A program made the position numbers and the translations under genes. The notes below the pieces were generated by a model. It did no database searches. It was not told the origin of the DNA and saw nothing but the letters and a program-made list of their open reading frames with translations. Of a DNA stretch of 64,000 nucleotides, positions 29,715 through 40,824 are shown piece by piece. Position 1 is the stretch's first letter; each line of letters opens with the position of its first letter. The DNA lies in NCBI GenBank assembly GCA_963841565.1, contig CAWJCY010000004.1, forward strand, positions 1 through 64,000, given 5' to 3'. The DNA is from an uncultured Nitrososphaerales archaeon. GTDB lineage: Archaea; Thermoproteota; Nitrososphaeria; Nitrososphaerales; Nitrososphaeraceae.

Positions 29715-30026
29715 CTATTGAGTTAACGAGACCTCAATGTACACATCATCAGGTATTTTTAAACGCATTAACTGCCGAATTGCTCTATCGTCTGCTCCCA
29801 AATCAATGACACGTCTATGAATTCTTAATTCGTACTTATCATATGTGTTTGTTCCTTGCCCACAAGGTGATTTTCTTGTCACCACCTTCATCTTCTTGGT
29901 AGGTAACGGATGGGGTCCTTTCAGCCTGATTCCGTTTTTCTCTCCAAGTCCCTTAATTTCAGAGCAAACAGTCTCTAAGGTAGTGAGATTGGTACTGGTT
30001 AGTTTTATTCTTGCTTCTTGAGGCAA
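29715..30026 (-). CDS. rpsJ: 30S ribosomal protein S10 (uS10)
   Basis: KGPHPLPT, RKSPCGQG, IHRRVID; follows EF-1alpha. Confidence 0.97.
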   Translation of the reverse strand: MPQEARIKLTSTNLTTLETVCSEIKGLGEKNGIRLKGPHPLPTKKMKVVTRKSPCGQGTNTYDKYELRIHRRVIDLGADDRAIRQLMRLKIPDDVYIEVSLTQ

Positions 30027-30035
30027 CTAGATCAC

Positions 30036-31349
30036 TCATTTCTTGCTAGGATCATATTTTTCTATAATCCCTTTCACCACACCTGCTGCAATTGTAGTTC
30101 CCATATCCCTGAGCGCAAATCTTCCAATTTCAGGGAACTCTTTGAAGGTTTCAATTGCAAGTGGTCTAGTAGGTTTCACTCTTACTATAGCAGCGTCGCC
30201 AGTTTTCAAGAATTTTGGCTTTTCTTCTACTATTCCCCCAGTCTTCGCGTCTATCTTTGCTACAAATTCCGAAAGAGTAGCTGCTACTTGTGCTGTGTGG
30301 GCATGTAGAACTGGCGTGTACCCTGGAGCCATCGCGGTAGGGTGATGAATCACAATTATTTGTGCCTCAAATTCTCGTGCGACAGAAGGTGGCTGATCCG
30401 TTGATCCCAGTATATCCCCCCGTTTTATTGATTTCCTGTCAACTCCTCGAAGGTTAAACCCTATGTTATCGCCCGCTTCAGCTGATTCCATTTGAGTGTG
30501 ATGAGTTTCTATCGACTTTACTTCACCAGTCACTCCAGACGGCATCACTATCACCTTGTCATTAGCTCGAACAACTCCTGTTTCAACTCGGCCTACAGGT
30601 ACAGTTCCAACACCAGTAATAGTATATACGTCTTGAATTGGAATTCTAAGAGGCTTCCCGATTGGTTTCTCTGGAGCCTCAAACATGTCGAGAGATTCTG
30701 CAAGTGTGGGACCTTTGTACCATGGTGTATTTTCAGAAAGTTTAACCAAATTATCACCTTTCCAAGCAGAAACTGGGATAAATTGAACTTTGCTCGTGTT
30801 ATATCCTACTAACTTCAGCATTTTTTCTACCAAGTCCTTAACTTCCTTAAACCTCTGTTCGGAATAACCAACATCGTCCATCTTGTTTAAAGCTACAGCT
30901 ATTTGGCTCACGCCTAAGGTACGGGATAAAAATGCATGCTCACGTGCTTGACCTCCAGGATCAGTGGCAGCTTCGGTCTCACCCGGTTTCACAGAGACTA
31001 CAAGAACAGCAGCATCGGCTTCGGAAGCTCCGGTAATCATATTCTTGATAAAATCTCTATGACCTGGGGCATCAATAAGCGTGTAAAAGAACTTTTGAGT
31101 CTCGAATTTCTGGAAAGCAAGGTCTATGGTTACACCTCTATCCCTTTCTTCTTTAATGCTATCCAAGACCCAAGCATACTTGAAGGTGTCACCTTTACCC
31201 GTTGCTTCGGATTCCTTCGCGTATGCGTCAATAGTCCGTTGATCAATAACTTTTAAGTCCACCATTAAATGACCAACAGTAGTCGATTTACCATTATCGA
31301 CATGACCTACAACAACTAGGTTCATGTGGGGTTTCTTGCTTGCGCTCAT
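30036..31349 (-). CDS. tuf: translation elongation factor EF-1alpha
   Basis: GHVDNGKST, DAPGHRDF, NKMD, GRFALRDMG. Confidence 0.98.
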   Translation of the reverse strand: MSASKKPHMNLVVVGHVDNGKSTTVGHLMVDLKVIDQRTIDAYAKESEATGKGDTFKYAWVLDSIKEERDRGVTIDLAFQKFETQKFFYTLIDAPGHRDFIKNMITGASEADAAVLVVSVKPGETEAATDPGGQAREHAFLSRTLGVSQIAVALNKMDDVGYSEQRFKEVKDLVEKMLKLVGYNTSKVQFIPVSAWKGDNLVKLSENTPWYKGPTLAESLDMFEAPEKPIGKPLRIPIQDVYTITGVGTVPVGRVETGVVRANDKVIVMPSGVTGEVKSIETHHTQMESAEAGDNIGFNLRGVDRKSIKRGDILGSTDQPPSVAREFEAQIIVIHHPTAMAPGYTPVLHAHTAQVAATLSEFVAKIDAKTGGIVEEKPKFLKTGDAAIVRVKPTRPLAIETFKEFPEIGRFALRDMGTTIAAGVVKGIIEKYDPSKK

Positions 31350-31402
31350 AACGGTAGAACATTAAGAGGGCTTTATTTGTATTTCGTTGATCGTTAGTAA
31401 AG

Positions 31403-31789
31403 TTATGGGGTCCGTGGGGTGCTAGGATCGATTCTGTTGAAGTCGTCTTCGATGCGCACGATGTCGGATTCATCAAAGTGGCCGTAGGAAATCTCAAGCA
31501 CAGTACAGCCATTTGACAACGCTTTGATTCGGTGTTGGCTTTTTGAACCAATAGAGATATCATCCCCTTCCTTTACATTAAAGATCTGGCCGTCAATCTC
31601 AACTTCTGCAGTTCCACTTATTATCCTCCAGAATTCATTTCTGTGCGTATGGTACTGGAGACTTAACCGATGGTTAGGAGTGATATAAATTAATTTAACC
31701 GTGCTCATCTTATTTTCATGAAATTTTTCAAACCTGCCCCATGGTCTATCCTCTGAATATATTTTCATAATAATGAAAAGAAAGGTCAT
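31403..31789 (-). CDS. cupin, type II mannose-6-phosphate isomerase C-terminal-like (likely start 31768)
   Basis: RPWG, RLSLQYHTHRNEFW, HRI, EISYG..ESDIVRIEDDF. Confidence 0.85.
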   Translation of the reverse strand: MTFLFIIMKIYSEDRPWGRFEKFHENKMSTVKLIYITPNHRLSLQYHTHRNEFWRIISGTAEVEIDGQIFNVKEGDDISIGSKSQHRIKALSNGCTVLEISYGHFDESDIVRIEDDFNRIDPSTPRTP

Positions 31790-31858
31790 GTTTAAAAGTG
31801 GTTAACTCGTATGATCATAATACTTTAATTAAAGGAATTTTCAACATATAGCAAAATA

Positions 31859-32053
31859 TTGGAGAGTAAATCATCGGATTGTACTCGACAGCAACATCCA
31901 TCATGTGATGGAATTATTAGGGGATCCAAATCAGCTCACAACATTAGGCTTTGTATGTGTCCTTGTCACGCCAGCAATTATCAAATGATGAGGCGAATCA
32001 CATCTGTATTGAATACCCCAATGGGCATATTTGGAAATGACTCTTTGCAATAG
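31859..32053 (+). CDS. small Cys/His-rich hypothetical protein
   Basis: C..QHPSC..CMCPCH pattern; T-rich TATA-like element upstream. Confidence 0.5.
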   Translation: MESKSSDCTRQQHPSCDGIIRGSKSAHNIRLCMCPCHASNYQMMRRITSVLNTPMGIFGNDSLQ

Positions 32054-32147
32054 GCGCTAGTTAGGCAAACGTACAATTCAAATCTCCAGAAACCTAAGAT
32101 CCCGCTAATAGTGGGCAGTTCTCATTTCTGAATGTTTACCTAATGAC

Positions 32148-32516
32148 CTAGGATTTTTGAGAGAACTCTTCAATATTTTCTAGGCATTGCATCACGAGTT
32201 CACGGCTACGATGCATAACCCATGATGCAAATTTGTCAGGAGTGAAAATGTACTGCTGCTGAAAACTTGGCGGAATAAATCCACCGTATACAATTACCTG
32301 CACGATGATAAAATCTTTACAGATCGTGGCGATTTCTTCCTCAGCTGATTGCTCGGATTCTTCCATGGTTTTTCTGTACAATTGAATTGGATGGCTTAGT
32401 TTTCCAGCAAGTAGCGAGGTTTTTGCAAGTTTATCTCGGAGTCTCTCTACGAGCCATTCATCTAAAGTGACCTGCCCGTTATCAAGAGCAATCTGCTTGT
32501 TATTAATCAATGGCAT
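32148..32516 (-). CDS. hypothetical protein
   Basis: ATG ORF with typical composition, co-oriented with ileS. Confidence 0.7.
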   Translation of the reverse strand: MPLINNKQIALDNGQVTLDEWLVERLRDKLAKTSLLAGKLSHPIQLYRKTMEESEQSAEEEIATICKDFIIVQVIVYGGFIPPSFQQQYIFTPDKFASWVMHRSRELVMQCLENIEEFSQKS

Positions 32517-32613
32517 CCATCTTTCAGCTTTTTGTATTTAATCTACCACGGTTACTATACTTGACCGAAAGCTAAAATTATTCCTGAATGTCATGCGTAC
32601 CCTTACCAAACTA

Positions 32614-35600
32614 TCATATTGAGATCAGGATTTGCCGTCCATCTAAATCAATCGTTTTATAGCTAACACCGCCTAAGGCGTCCAATGAGAATATAACCTC
32701 GTTGACTCTTACCAGGAATTTCAGTTCATCTTTTAGCTGAGAAAGATCCTCAATTTCTGATTCGTTAAGTCTTGCTACATGAGCAACGGGCAAAATGTCA
32801 GTTGGATTGCGTCCATGTTCCTTTCTCAGTTGTTGCAAATTCCTAGCCAAATCTCTTAGAAAACCCATCTTAATCAGGTGACTCGATCGCGAGGTCGAAA
32901 TAAACACTACTAGACCATCAAGTTCTACACTTGAATAGCCATCTAACGGGAAATACTCTATATCAAGATCATTTTCCTCAAGTTCGATCTTCTCACCTAG
33001 GACATTAACAGTTATCTTGCCTTCTGCATCCAAGGACCGAAGGACCTTGATCTTATCGATCTCCTTAAAACCTTGTATTAGAGGAGTTATCTTGCTCTTA
33101 ACTCTTGGTGCTACACTTCTTGTGGAAATATGCATCTCCACACCGATTGGAGCGCCATTTGCTATTAGTGAATTCAGTTTTGAGGTTTGAGACTTGAAGG
33201 ATGGAATTTCAATGAGTCGACAGTTCTGAGCGTTTATTTGGTTCCTCAAAATCTCCATTAGGACAGGATTATTAAGAAAACGAATATCGTTGGAGAATAT
33301 CAGAACTTCATTGATGGGCCACCTTCGTTTGAGTTTGGCTTTCATTCTAGCCGAGTTCGAAAGTGAAATAACGTTCTTTAGGAAATCAAATCCTGATTCT
33401 ACATTACGATCCGCATAGTCATTGTCTGGCATTGGCCATTTTTCTAACATTACACTTTCATTATCCTTAAAGCACATCAGGTATAGGTACTCTGTCACAA
33501 AAGGAGAAATTGGATGAAGCATGATATCAAGGTTTTTTAGTATATGGTTTAACACAGAGTATACAGATATTCTTCTGTCCCATGATTCTTGATTGTCGTC
33601 CCATAAATCATTTCGGACAATAGGAATGTAGGTTTGACTCAGAAAGTTGATTATGAATTCCTCAAGCAACTTTGCTGCTTCATGAAATCTACATTCATCA
33701 AAAGCTGCCGAAAAATCGGAAATTAGATCTTGAAACTTTGACAGTATCCATACTTCAGAAATTGATAAAAGATTTCTACTTTTTGTCCAATCAAGACTAT
33801 GATTTTTTGGATCGTATTTGTCATACGTACTGTTTTGATAAAAATATATGTGTAGATAGTAGAGTGTGCTAATGATCTGATGGGGTCTGCTCAACATTTC
33901 TCTTACGTCGAAGTTAAGGGATTCAGCAGGGGAAGACTTCCACAAAAAGTAGTATCTAATTATGTCCACCGGATTATTAGTTAGGAACGGTATAGAGTCG
34001 ATTACGTTCCCCAAACTCTTGCTCATCTTGTTACCCTTTTCATCTAACACATGACCTTGAAAGAGGAATGATTGATAAGGAGAAATAGGCGACCCAGATA
34101 GAATTATGTTTTCTAGCAGCATCGTATAAGCCCATCCTCTAGTCTGATCAATTCCTTCAGTAAGGAACTGGACTGGAACTAGTTCGTAATATTCAGAATC
34201 AGTCAGTGAAGCATAAGGAGCACCTCCACTATTGTGCCAGGTATCCAGAACAAATTGCTCCCTCTGCATTATCGCCCCACATAAGTCGCATTTAAGATTA
34301 ATTCTATCCAACTGGGGCCTGTGCAATGGAAATTGTTCTCCGTCTGGCAGACTAATTGCCCTTTCTATGACTTGCTTCCTTGACCACAACAGATCCTTCT
34401 TTTTACAATTTACGCATGACCATATAGGTAGAGGAGTTCCCCACAATCGTTCTCTTGTAATGCACCACGGTACTTTTTCTTTGATAATCTCAATAAACCT
34501 ATTCATAGGAGCGGTGAAAAAATACTTAACACTTTGAGCTGCGTCCAGGGGTTTGGTGCCTAAAGTTTCGGTCATATAGAAATATTCTCGTCTGGATAAC
34601 CATACCAATTTATGATGAGAACGCCAACATGTAGGGTATTGATGCTTTATTCGTCCTGCTTTAACGTAATGACCGGTAGATTTTAATTTCTCAATGACAA
34701 GAGCGTCAGCATCTCTAACAAATAACTGATTGAATACACCTGCGTCCTTTGTAAACATCACCCTATCGTCAATTGGAGCAAATAAAGGAATACCCCGCTT
34801 GGTAGCAATTTGAAAATCCATCTCTCCATTGGCTGGAGCCAAATGGACTATTCCACTCCCAGTCTTGGTATCAACAAAGCTTTCAGCGACAACTAGATGG
34901 ATTTTTCCTGTTTTTGATAACGTTTCCAGTCCAGGTATCATCGCAAGGAAAGGATGCGTGTACCTTTGCCCTTCAAGTTCCTTTCCCAATACAATTTTTA
35001 TTATTTCAAATTCCTGAATATCCAAATAGTCAAACAGCTCTTCTAGTCTTTCTCGCGCCAAGACCCAAACCTCCTGACCTGTTTTGACGTATGCATATTC
35101 TGCTTCAGGATTCACGGCAACTAATTCGTCGGTAACTAGCGTGAAGGGCATTGTTGTCCACACTACTAAAAATACATTCTGGTCTATCAAACTGACCTTG
35201 TAATATAGAGATGGATCTTCCACATTTTCATACCCCTGGTTAACTTCTGCGTTACTAAGTGAAGTTTGACACGAGGGACAATATGGTACTACGCGAAAAC
35301 CTTCCTTCAATATGCCTTGTTCCCATGCCCTTTGGAGATATCGCCACTCCCTTTCTATATATTCATCCTTGTAGGTCCAGTATGCTTGTGAATAGTCAAA
35401 TGACATTCCAAGTAACTCATCGGATTGGATCCATTTCGCATTATATCTGTGAATAAGATCTATGCATGCCTGCACTAGCCTCTCCGCCCCCACTTTTTGT
35501 ATGTTCTCAATCTTGCTACCGGTTAGACCCAGTTCCTTCTCTGCCTGTAGCTCCACTGGCAACCCTTGAGTATCCCAACCGGCCCGGAATACCACCCTGT

Positions 35601-35829
35601 TCTTCTGAAGTGTCTTAATCCTGAACCATGCATCCTTTATAACTCGCCCACGCAAATGGCCTAGATGAGGGTCCCCGTTCATGGTAGGTGGACCTTCAAT
35701 AAAGCCCAAAGGAGGATATTTTTGGACTTCTAATTCTTTTTGGATAAGTTGCAGTAGATTTACTTTTTCCCAATGCTCTTTTACAAATTTTTCTATTGCT
35801 TTGGCGTCGAAAGTAGGAAGCAAATCCAA
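32614..35829 (-). CDS. ileS: isoleucyl-tRNA synthetase
   Basis: EGPPTMNG..HLGH, GWDTQGLP, WTTMP, EGIDQTRGW, KMSKS. Confidence 0.97.
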   Translation of the reverse strand: MDLLPTFDAKAIEKFVKEHWEKVNLLQLIQKELEVQKYPPLGFIEGPPTMNGDPHLGHLRGRVIKDAWFRIKTLQKNRVVFRAGWDTQGLPVELQAEKELGLTGSKIENIQKVGAERLVQACIDLIHRYNAKWIQSDELLGMSFDYSQAYWTYKDEYIEREWRYLQRAWEQGILKEGFRVVPYCPSCQTSLSNAEVNQGYENVEDPSLYYKVSLIDQNVFLVVWTTMPFTLVTDELVAVNPEAEYAYVKTGQEVWVLARERLEELFDYLDIQEFEIIKIVLGKELEGQRYTHPFLAMIPGLETLSKTGKIHLVVAESFVDTKTGSGIVHLAPANGEMDFQIATKRGIPLFAPIDDRVMFTKDAGVFNQLFVRDADALVIEKLKSTGHYVKAGRIKHQYPTCWRSHHKLVWLSRREYFYMTETLGTKPLDAAQSVKYFFTAPMNRFIEIIKEKVPWCITRERLWGTPLPIWSCVNCKKKDLLWSRKQVIERAISLPDGEQFPLHRPQLDRINLKCDLCGAIMQREQFVLDTWHNSGGAPYASLTDSEYYELVPVQFLTEGIDQTRGWAYTMLLENIILSGSPISPYQSFLFQGHVLDEKGNKMSKSLGNVIDSIPFLTNNPVDIIRYYFLWKSSPAESLNFDVREMLSRPHQIISTLYYLHIYFYQNSTYDKYDPKNHSLDWTKSRNLLSISEVWILSKFQDLISDFSAAFDECRFHEAAKLLEEFIINFLSQTYIPIVRNDLWDDNQESWDRRISVYSVLNHILKNLDIMLHPISPFVTEYLYLMCFKDNESVMLEKWPMPDNDYADRNVESGFDFLKNVISLSNSARMKAKLKRRWPINEVLIFSNDIRFLNNPVLMEILRNQINAQNCRLIEIPSFKSQTSKLNSLIANGAPIGVEMHISTRSVAPRVKSKITPLIQGFKEIDKIKVLRSLDAEGKITVNVLGEKIELEENDLDIEYFPLDGYSSVELDGLVVFISTSRSSHLIKMGFLRDLARNLQQLRKEHGRNPTDILPVAHVARLNESEIEDLSQLKDELKFLVRVNEVIFSLDALGGVSYKTIDLDGRQILISI

Positions 35830-35922
35830 TTCTATGGCTGCAATCTTCCTTTAACCCTCTTTATATTTTTGGCATGTCTTCAATAGAAACATAATAATGT
35901 CTCACAATGATTTGTTCCCAAA

Positions 35923-36459
35923 TTGTCTATTGTAAATAAAATATCGGCAATGATTGAACCTCAAGGAGATATTAACGTAGTTGTTGAAATCCCTAAGGAT
36001 AGCAGGATCAAATACGAGTTAGATCATGAAACAGGAGTTTTGTTTGTAGATAGAAAACTGTACACCTCTATGGTATATCCATTCAACTATGGGTTTTTGC
36101 CTGGAACATTGGAAGAAGATGGAGACCCAGTAGATGTATTGTTGTTAGGTGAGGAAAGCCTATTTCCATTGTCAGTTGTACGTGCTACTCCTCTAGGAGT
36201 GTTGTTAACTGAAGACGAGGAAGGAAAGGATTCCAAGATAATTGCTGTGCCTAGTCCAAAGGTAGATCCAGCCTATTCGAACATGAAACAGATGTCGGAT
36301 ATTCCAACCGGCATATTGGATAAGGTCAAACACTTTTTTGAACATTACAAAGAATTAGAACCAGGAAAGTTTGTAAAAGTGGTTGGCTATGCCAATAATC
36401 AGGTTGCAAGGCAAAAAATAAAGGAGGCGGCTGACAGATACTCAGCCGGGAATCCTTAA
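35923..36459 (+). CDS. ppa: inorganic pyrophosphatase (family I)
   Basis: YPFNYGF, DGDPVD, HFFEHYK. Confidence 0.96.
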   Translation: MSIVNKISAMIEPQGDINVVVEIPKDSRIKYELDHETGVLFVDRKLYTSMVYPFNYGFLPGTLEEDGDPVDVLLLGEESLFPLSVVRATPLGVLLTEDEEGKDSKIIAVPSPKVDPAYSNMKQMSDIPTGILDKVKHFFEHYKELEPGKFVKVVGYANNQVARQKIKEAADRYSAGNP

Positions 36460-37718
36460 AGCGCTTTGAATTGATCGCTCCATTTAACGTAAGCTTTGAG
36501 CATTTCTGCACTAACGCTAGGTTTTCGAACCTTAAAGATTTCCTTGAAATCAGCTACACTTATAGACCTCGGGTTTGAACTGGTATCCATAGCCATACCA
36601 CTTTCGAATAGTTCGTTAACAACCCTAAGCTGAGCAGCTTGACAAATGTCCTTTATGTCGCTGGCACTATAGCCCTCGCATAGTTTGGCCAATTCATCTG
36701 GTTTTAACGATTTTTCACGATTAAGAGGGCGTGTATACTGACGAAATAAGTCTACTCTAGATGAAAGAGAAGGAAGTGAAACATTGATACGCTTCTGGAA
36801 CCTTCGAAGAAACCCAGACTCCAACGTCCAAGGCTTGTTTGTTGCTCCGATTATGTATAACTGGGAATCTTTCGACTTGACATTTATACCATCCATTTCA
36901 GTAAGGAATTGATTCTTTACCCGTACTTCTCCACCGATTTCGCTACTTCTGGTTCCAAGTAATGAATCAATCTCATCAATAAACAAAAGAACGGGAACCC
37001 CTTCATTCTCCTGGAGCCGCCTTGCCAGCATAAATAGTTTAGATACGTTTTTCTCTGCTTCTCCCAACCATTTGCTCATCATACTCGCTGCATCGACATT
37101 CAAAAAATATCCATCAATTTCGGCAGCGGCAGCGGCGGCCAGTAAAGTTTTGCCGCAACCAGGTGGACCAAATAAGAGTATCCCTCGAGGCCAGCCTAGC
37201 GGAAATAGGTCAGAACGTTTAGTAGGATAGACAATTGACTCACGTATTGCCCGTTTTGCATCGTCCAGACCAATCACCTCATCCCACTTTACATGCGGCT
37301 TTTCTTTCAGCACAAGGTCGTCGAAATTCGGATCCGAAGATGTGGATGAGTCTGATCCGTTGCCTTGACTTGTGAAATTAGTAGACTGATTCTTAGGTTT
37401 TCTATCATTTCGTAATTCGTTAGTATCATGACCCGTAGAATCCTTTGTTAATGGTGAAATGGTTCTGCTTAGGGTTCTCGAGTTCAGATCTGATGAAAGC
37501 TGGAGCGTACGTATTCGGTTTTGGTATGCATTTGCTCGTTCTCTGTATACTCTATTTAATCTATACTCTGGATATATTTGGACTAACTTCACCAATGCGT
37601 CTATGGCTCTCTGATAGGATTGGATGGCCATTCCTCTCGAACCCTGCGAGTCAAAGCCAATAGCTTCAGCAGCAAATTTGCTAGCAGTATTTTCCAGTTC
37701 CTGTGGAGCAAGACTCAT
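36456..37718 (-). CDS. cdvC: cell division AAA+ ATPase CdvC (Vps4-like, MIT domain)
   Basis: N-terminal MIT helices, GPPGCGKT, SKWLGEAEK, FIDEID, ATNKPW, RRFQKR. Confidence 0.93.
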   Translation of the reverse strand: MSLAPQELENTASKFAAEAIGFDSQGSRGMAIQSYQRAIDALVKLVQIYPEYRLNRVYRERANAYQNRIRTLQLSSDLNSRTLSRTISPLTKDSTGHDTNELRNDRKPKNQSTNFTSQGNGSDSSTSSDPNFDDLVLKEKPHVKWDEVIGLDDAKRAIRESIVYPTKRSDLFPLGWPRGILLFGPPGCGKTLLAAAAAAEIDGYFLNVDAASMMSKWLGEAEKNVSKLFMLARRLQENEGVPVLLFIDEIDSLLGTRSSEIGGEVRVKNQFLTEMDGINVKSKDSQLYIIGATNKPWTLESGFLRRFQKRINVSLPSLSSRVDLFRQYTRPLNREKSLKPDELAKLCEGYSASDIKDICQAAQLRVVNELFESGMAMDTSSNPRSISVADFKEIFKVRKPSVSAEMLKAYVKWSDQFKAL

Positions 37719-38626
37719 AATAACTATAATCGTTTGGAATTAGTGTGCCACTTTGAATTAATTAGGTGTAAATGGATATTGTGTAATAAACTAAATTAAT
37801 TGAACCTGATTCCAGTTCCCAGAATTTGATATCTAACGTGTACAGCCCTTTTCTAGCGTTTGTGCTGTCTACATTGATACCTAGGATCGACATTAACTTT
37901 GCCTCATGCCCGCAAGAGGATAAATTTTGTATTCGTACCATGGAGCCATCAAGATAGCATTCATCACCATGAAGATTTGCGAACTCCAAAATCTACAAAT
38001 CGGTTGGAGCGTATTGTCAAAATTACACCAGGACAGGTAGATTGGATATCTTTTTCGCCCCCTCCAGTTGCCCATTTGACAACTTCGAATAATAAATACG
38101 ATGACGCGTTAAATCGCAGGGTTGGAAGAACATAATTTATCAGACTAATTACTGTAGTAAATTAAGTCAGTTATGTATAAAAACTGATTCCATCTTGTGA
38201 TCGCATCATCGCAGACTCTAATGACTATTAATTATACTCCCTCAATTCTTATCCTAATTTAAGACCAAATGGAATATTCTTATATGAATTCATACTAGAC
38301 TGACTATAACACCCCACTGTGTGGTCGTATCGTAGTGTTTACTGATGGACTATTTGATATCCTTATATGCACTTTTTTCACATCTTACCATATAAGTGAA
38401 ATGATATGTGTGCATCTTGAGTTTCATTTTTTCTTGCATCATTGTATTCGTGTAAAAAAGTCATTCACAGATTTAGTCCAAGAAATTGGACCTGGTGGAT
38501 ATGCTCTCCTACTACTACTTGACAATAAATATCAGAATACTAATTACCATACTGGCTGTCTATGTCTGATCACAAATATCATCATACGACATTTTAATAA
38601 ACTCAAACCTAGAGAAATGAAAAGTA

Positions 38627-38700
38627 TGGGCCGAAAGGGAGTTGAACCCTCGACCTTTCGATTATCAGTCGAACGCTCCACCAAGCTGAGCTATCGGCCC
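38627..38700 (-). tRNA. tRNA-Ile (GAT)
   Basis: Cloverleaf on the minus strand; anticodon arm TTCGA-CTGATAA-TCGAA; acceptor GGGCCGA/TCGGCCC. Confidence 0.96.
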
Positions 38701-38833
38701 ATTATGTGCTATTGATGTTCAAATCCTGCGTTATTTATTCGTGTGGGTTCCCTGAGAAAATAAATTGAACATTTTTTCAGCGACTGATGTAAATGCATTT
38801 AAGTGTATATTCAGTGATATTTTCCATTAGCCA

Positions 38834-39652
38834 ATGCCTAAGGACATAAACAGAGTGGCCATTGCAACAAAGTTGAATAATAAGGAAGCACAGGAGACTG
38901 CTCAAGTTATCGTCAAGATCTTAGGTTCGCACAACATCAGTTCTTATTCAATCTTGCCATTAACGCTTGATGGATCAATTCCAGTATCATATGCAGACTT
39001 AGAAAAAAATAGTATAGATATCGCGATTGCAATCGGCGGTGACGGGACTACATTGCGAGCGTGTAGAGGAATGCCACCCAACACGCCGATCCTACCCATG
39101 AATATCGGCGGAAATAGAGGCATTCTGTCTGAGATAGGCGCAGACATGATAGAAAAATCGATACACGACACTCTCCGCGGCGACTACCTCTTGGAGCGAA
39201 GACTCAGAATTTTTGCAACCGCTAATGGACAACAAACCTTTCCTGCATTGAACGAGATCTTGTGCACAAGAGCGAGTGTCATGAGAACCCCGTACTTCTC
39301 TATAAGTACTTTAGATGATGAAATCAATCAAAGAATGGATGGTGTTGCAGTTTCAACTCCGACCGGTTCTACAGGTCATTGTTATTCTCTCGGTGGTCCG
39401 TTATTGCAAGGGAACCAGGAATCTTTAGTAATTGTTCCAGTAGGATCAATTAATCGGATGCCTAGTATTGTTGTTCCTCTTGAAAATATCGTTATTAAAA
39501 GCAACTATGATACGAACCTAATTATAGATGGACAAGAAATATATCCAATTTATTCAAATCAGAATATTTTGATATCGCGATATCCAATAGATGTAACTTT
39601 TGTACGCTTCAAAAAGAGAGGTCTTAAACAATTGGCAAAGCTGGGCTTTTGA
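38834..39652 (+). CDS. nadK: NAD kinase
   Basis: GGDGT, ALNE, DGVAVSTPTGSTG..SLGG, DGQ. Confidence 0.93.
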   Translation: MPKDINRVAIATKLNNKEAQETAQVIVKILGSHNISSYSILPLTLDGSIPVSYADLEKNSIDIAIAIGGDGTTLRACRGMPPNTPILPMNIGGNRGILSEIGADMIEKSIHDTLRGDYLLERRLRIFATANGQQTFPALNEILCTRASVMRTPYFSISTLDDEINQRMDGVAVSTPTGSTGHCYSLGGPLLQGNQESLVIVPVGSINRMPSIVVPLENIVIKSNYDTNLIIDGQEIYPIYSNQNILISRYPIDVTFVRFKKRGLKQLAKLGF

Positions 39653-39921
39653 ATTAAGGGGTAGTATATTCTTGCTCCAATTGTTTTAAACAGTATTGAC
39701 TATGATTCTGACATTACATCGTAATTAATCGAGCCGATGAATCACATTAATTTTGTACTGTTGTTAGTGTCTGGTCATGCACAATTATTTCGAATATTGA
39801 TAGCCATAGGGCACCTGATTATTCAAGCCGATATCATATTCAGATGCTTATACAATTGAAATATTTGTGTGGGCGGCTGACGATAAAGTCTGCGAGGAAT
39901 GGAATTGCCGGGTAGGTAGTA

Positions 39922-40824
39922 CTATTCTTGAATTAAATCTCGTAGCCACATGAGTAAATCAAGTGGACTAGCAGTAACATGATCTGCGTTTTCAAAATCA
40001 ATTGCATTCCTTATTTCACTATTGGTCATCAAACATAAGACGAGGCGAGCTGCAAGCTTGTTGCGAAGCACATGAGCCGCTGAATATAAAAAGCGAAGGG
40101 AACTCTCTACAGATGAACAAATACACAAGATGACGACCCCGGTTTTATTTCCCCATAATCTAGTTACGTAGCGCTGAAAATCGATATCGAAGAACGGATC
40201 AAGTGCACCTTCTACATTGCCAATATATCGTGTATCACAATTCTCCAAGCGAAGTGACAAATCGATAATCTTTGAATGTATAATCGCATCTTCAGAGCCA
40301 CAGACTATTAGCGCAGAAATATCAGGTCTCTTCTCTCCATTGTAGATACTATACTTGACGAAATCCAATATTTCTATTATGACACTTTGAAAGTTAATTC
40401 GCTCTGCCCTGTTGAGTCTTCCCCTGCTGTAAAGTTCGCCTACAGTATTGACTGTCGGTAGGAAGACATCTGTCAGAAGCTTCAGTTTCTCTGCGCCCGA
40501 GTTTATTGCGTTAATTATCAATTTCGACGATAATTCATCGCTGCCGGCCAAAATTGCATTCATAAATCTCTGCTGCAAATCGTTGTAATTGATTGAAGAT
40601 CCAGGATAATTCAATCCGGATTCAAGAAACCAAATATTGACTGTTCCGATTTTCTTCTTTCTAATCAATCCAATCGAATACAATAGGTTCAGATACTTGG
40701 TAATCGTCATTCGATTCATACCAGCCTTATTCGCCAGTTCGACGCCAGACATTCCTGTCATTTGATATTCGAGGATACTGAAGATTTTCCTTTTGACCTC
40801 CTCAAATGTATATCTTCTATACAC
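39922..40824 (-). CDS. winged-HTH transcription regulator with B12-binding cap-like and Rossmann-like domains
   Basis: SGVELANKAGMNRMTITKYL HTH; VFLPTVNTVGELYSRG...E cap-like helix bundle. Confidence 0.7.
   Translation of the reverse strand: MYRRYTFEEVKRKIFSILEYQMTGMSGVELANKAGMNRMTITKYLNLLYSIGLIRKKKIGTVNIWFLESGLNYPGSSINYNDLQQRFMNAILAGSDELSSKLIINAINSGAEKLKLLTDVFLPTVNTVGELYSRGRLNRAERINFQSVIIEILDFVKYSIYNGEKRPDISALIVCGSEDAIIHSKIIDLSLRLENCDTRYIGNVEGALDPFFDIDFQRYVTRLWGNKTGVVILCICSSVESSLRFLYSAAHVLRNKLAARLVLCLMTNSEIRNAIDFENADHVTASPLDLLMWLRDLIQE

Noticed and set aside
38335-38715. 126-aa ORF on the + strand
   Set aside because: Its 3' end is the antisense of tRNA-Ile and its composition is atypical; likely spurious
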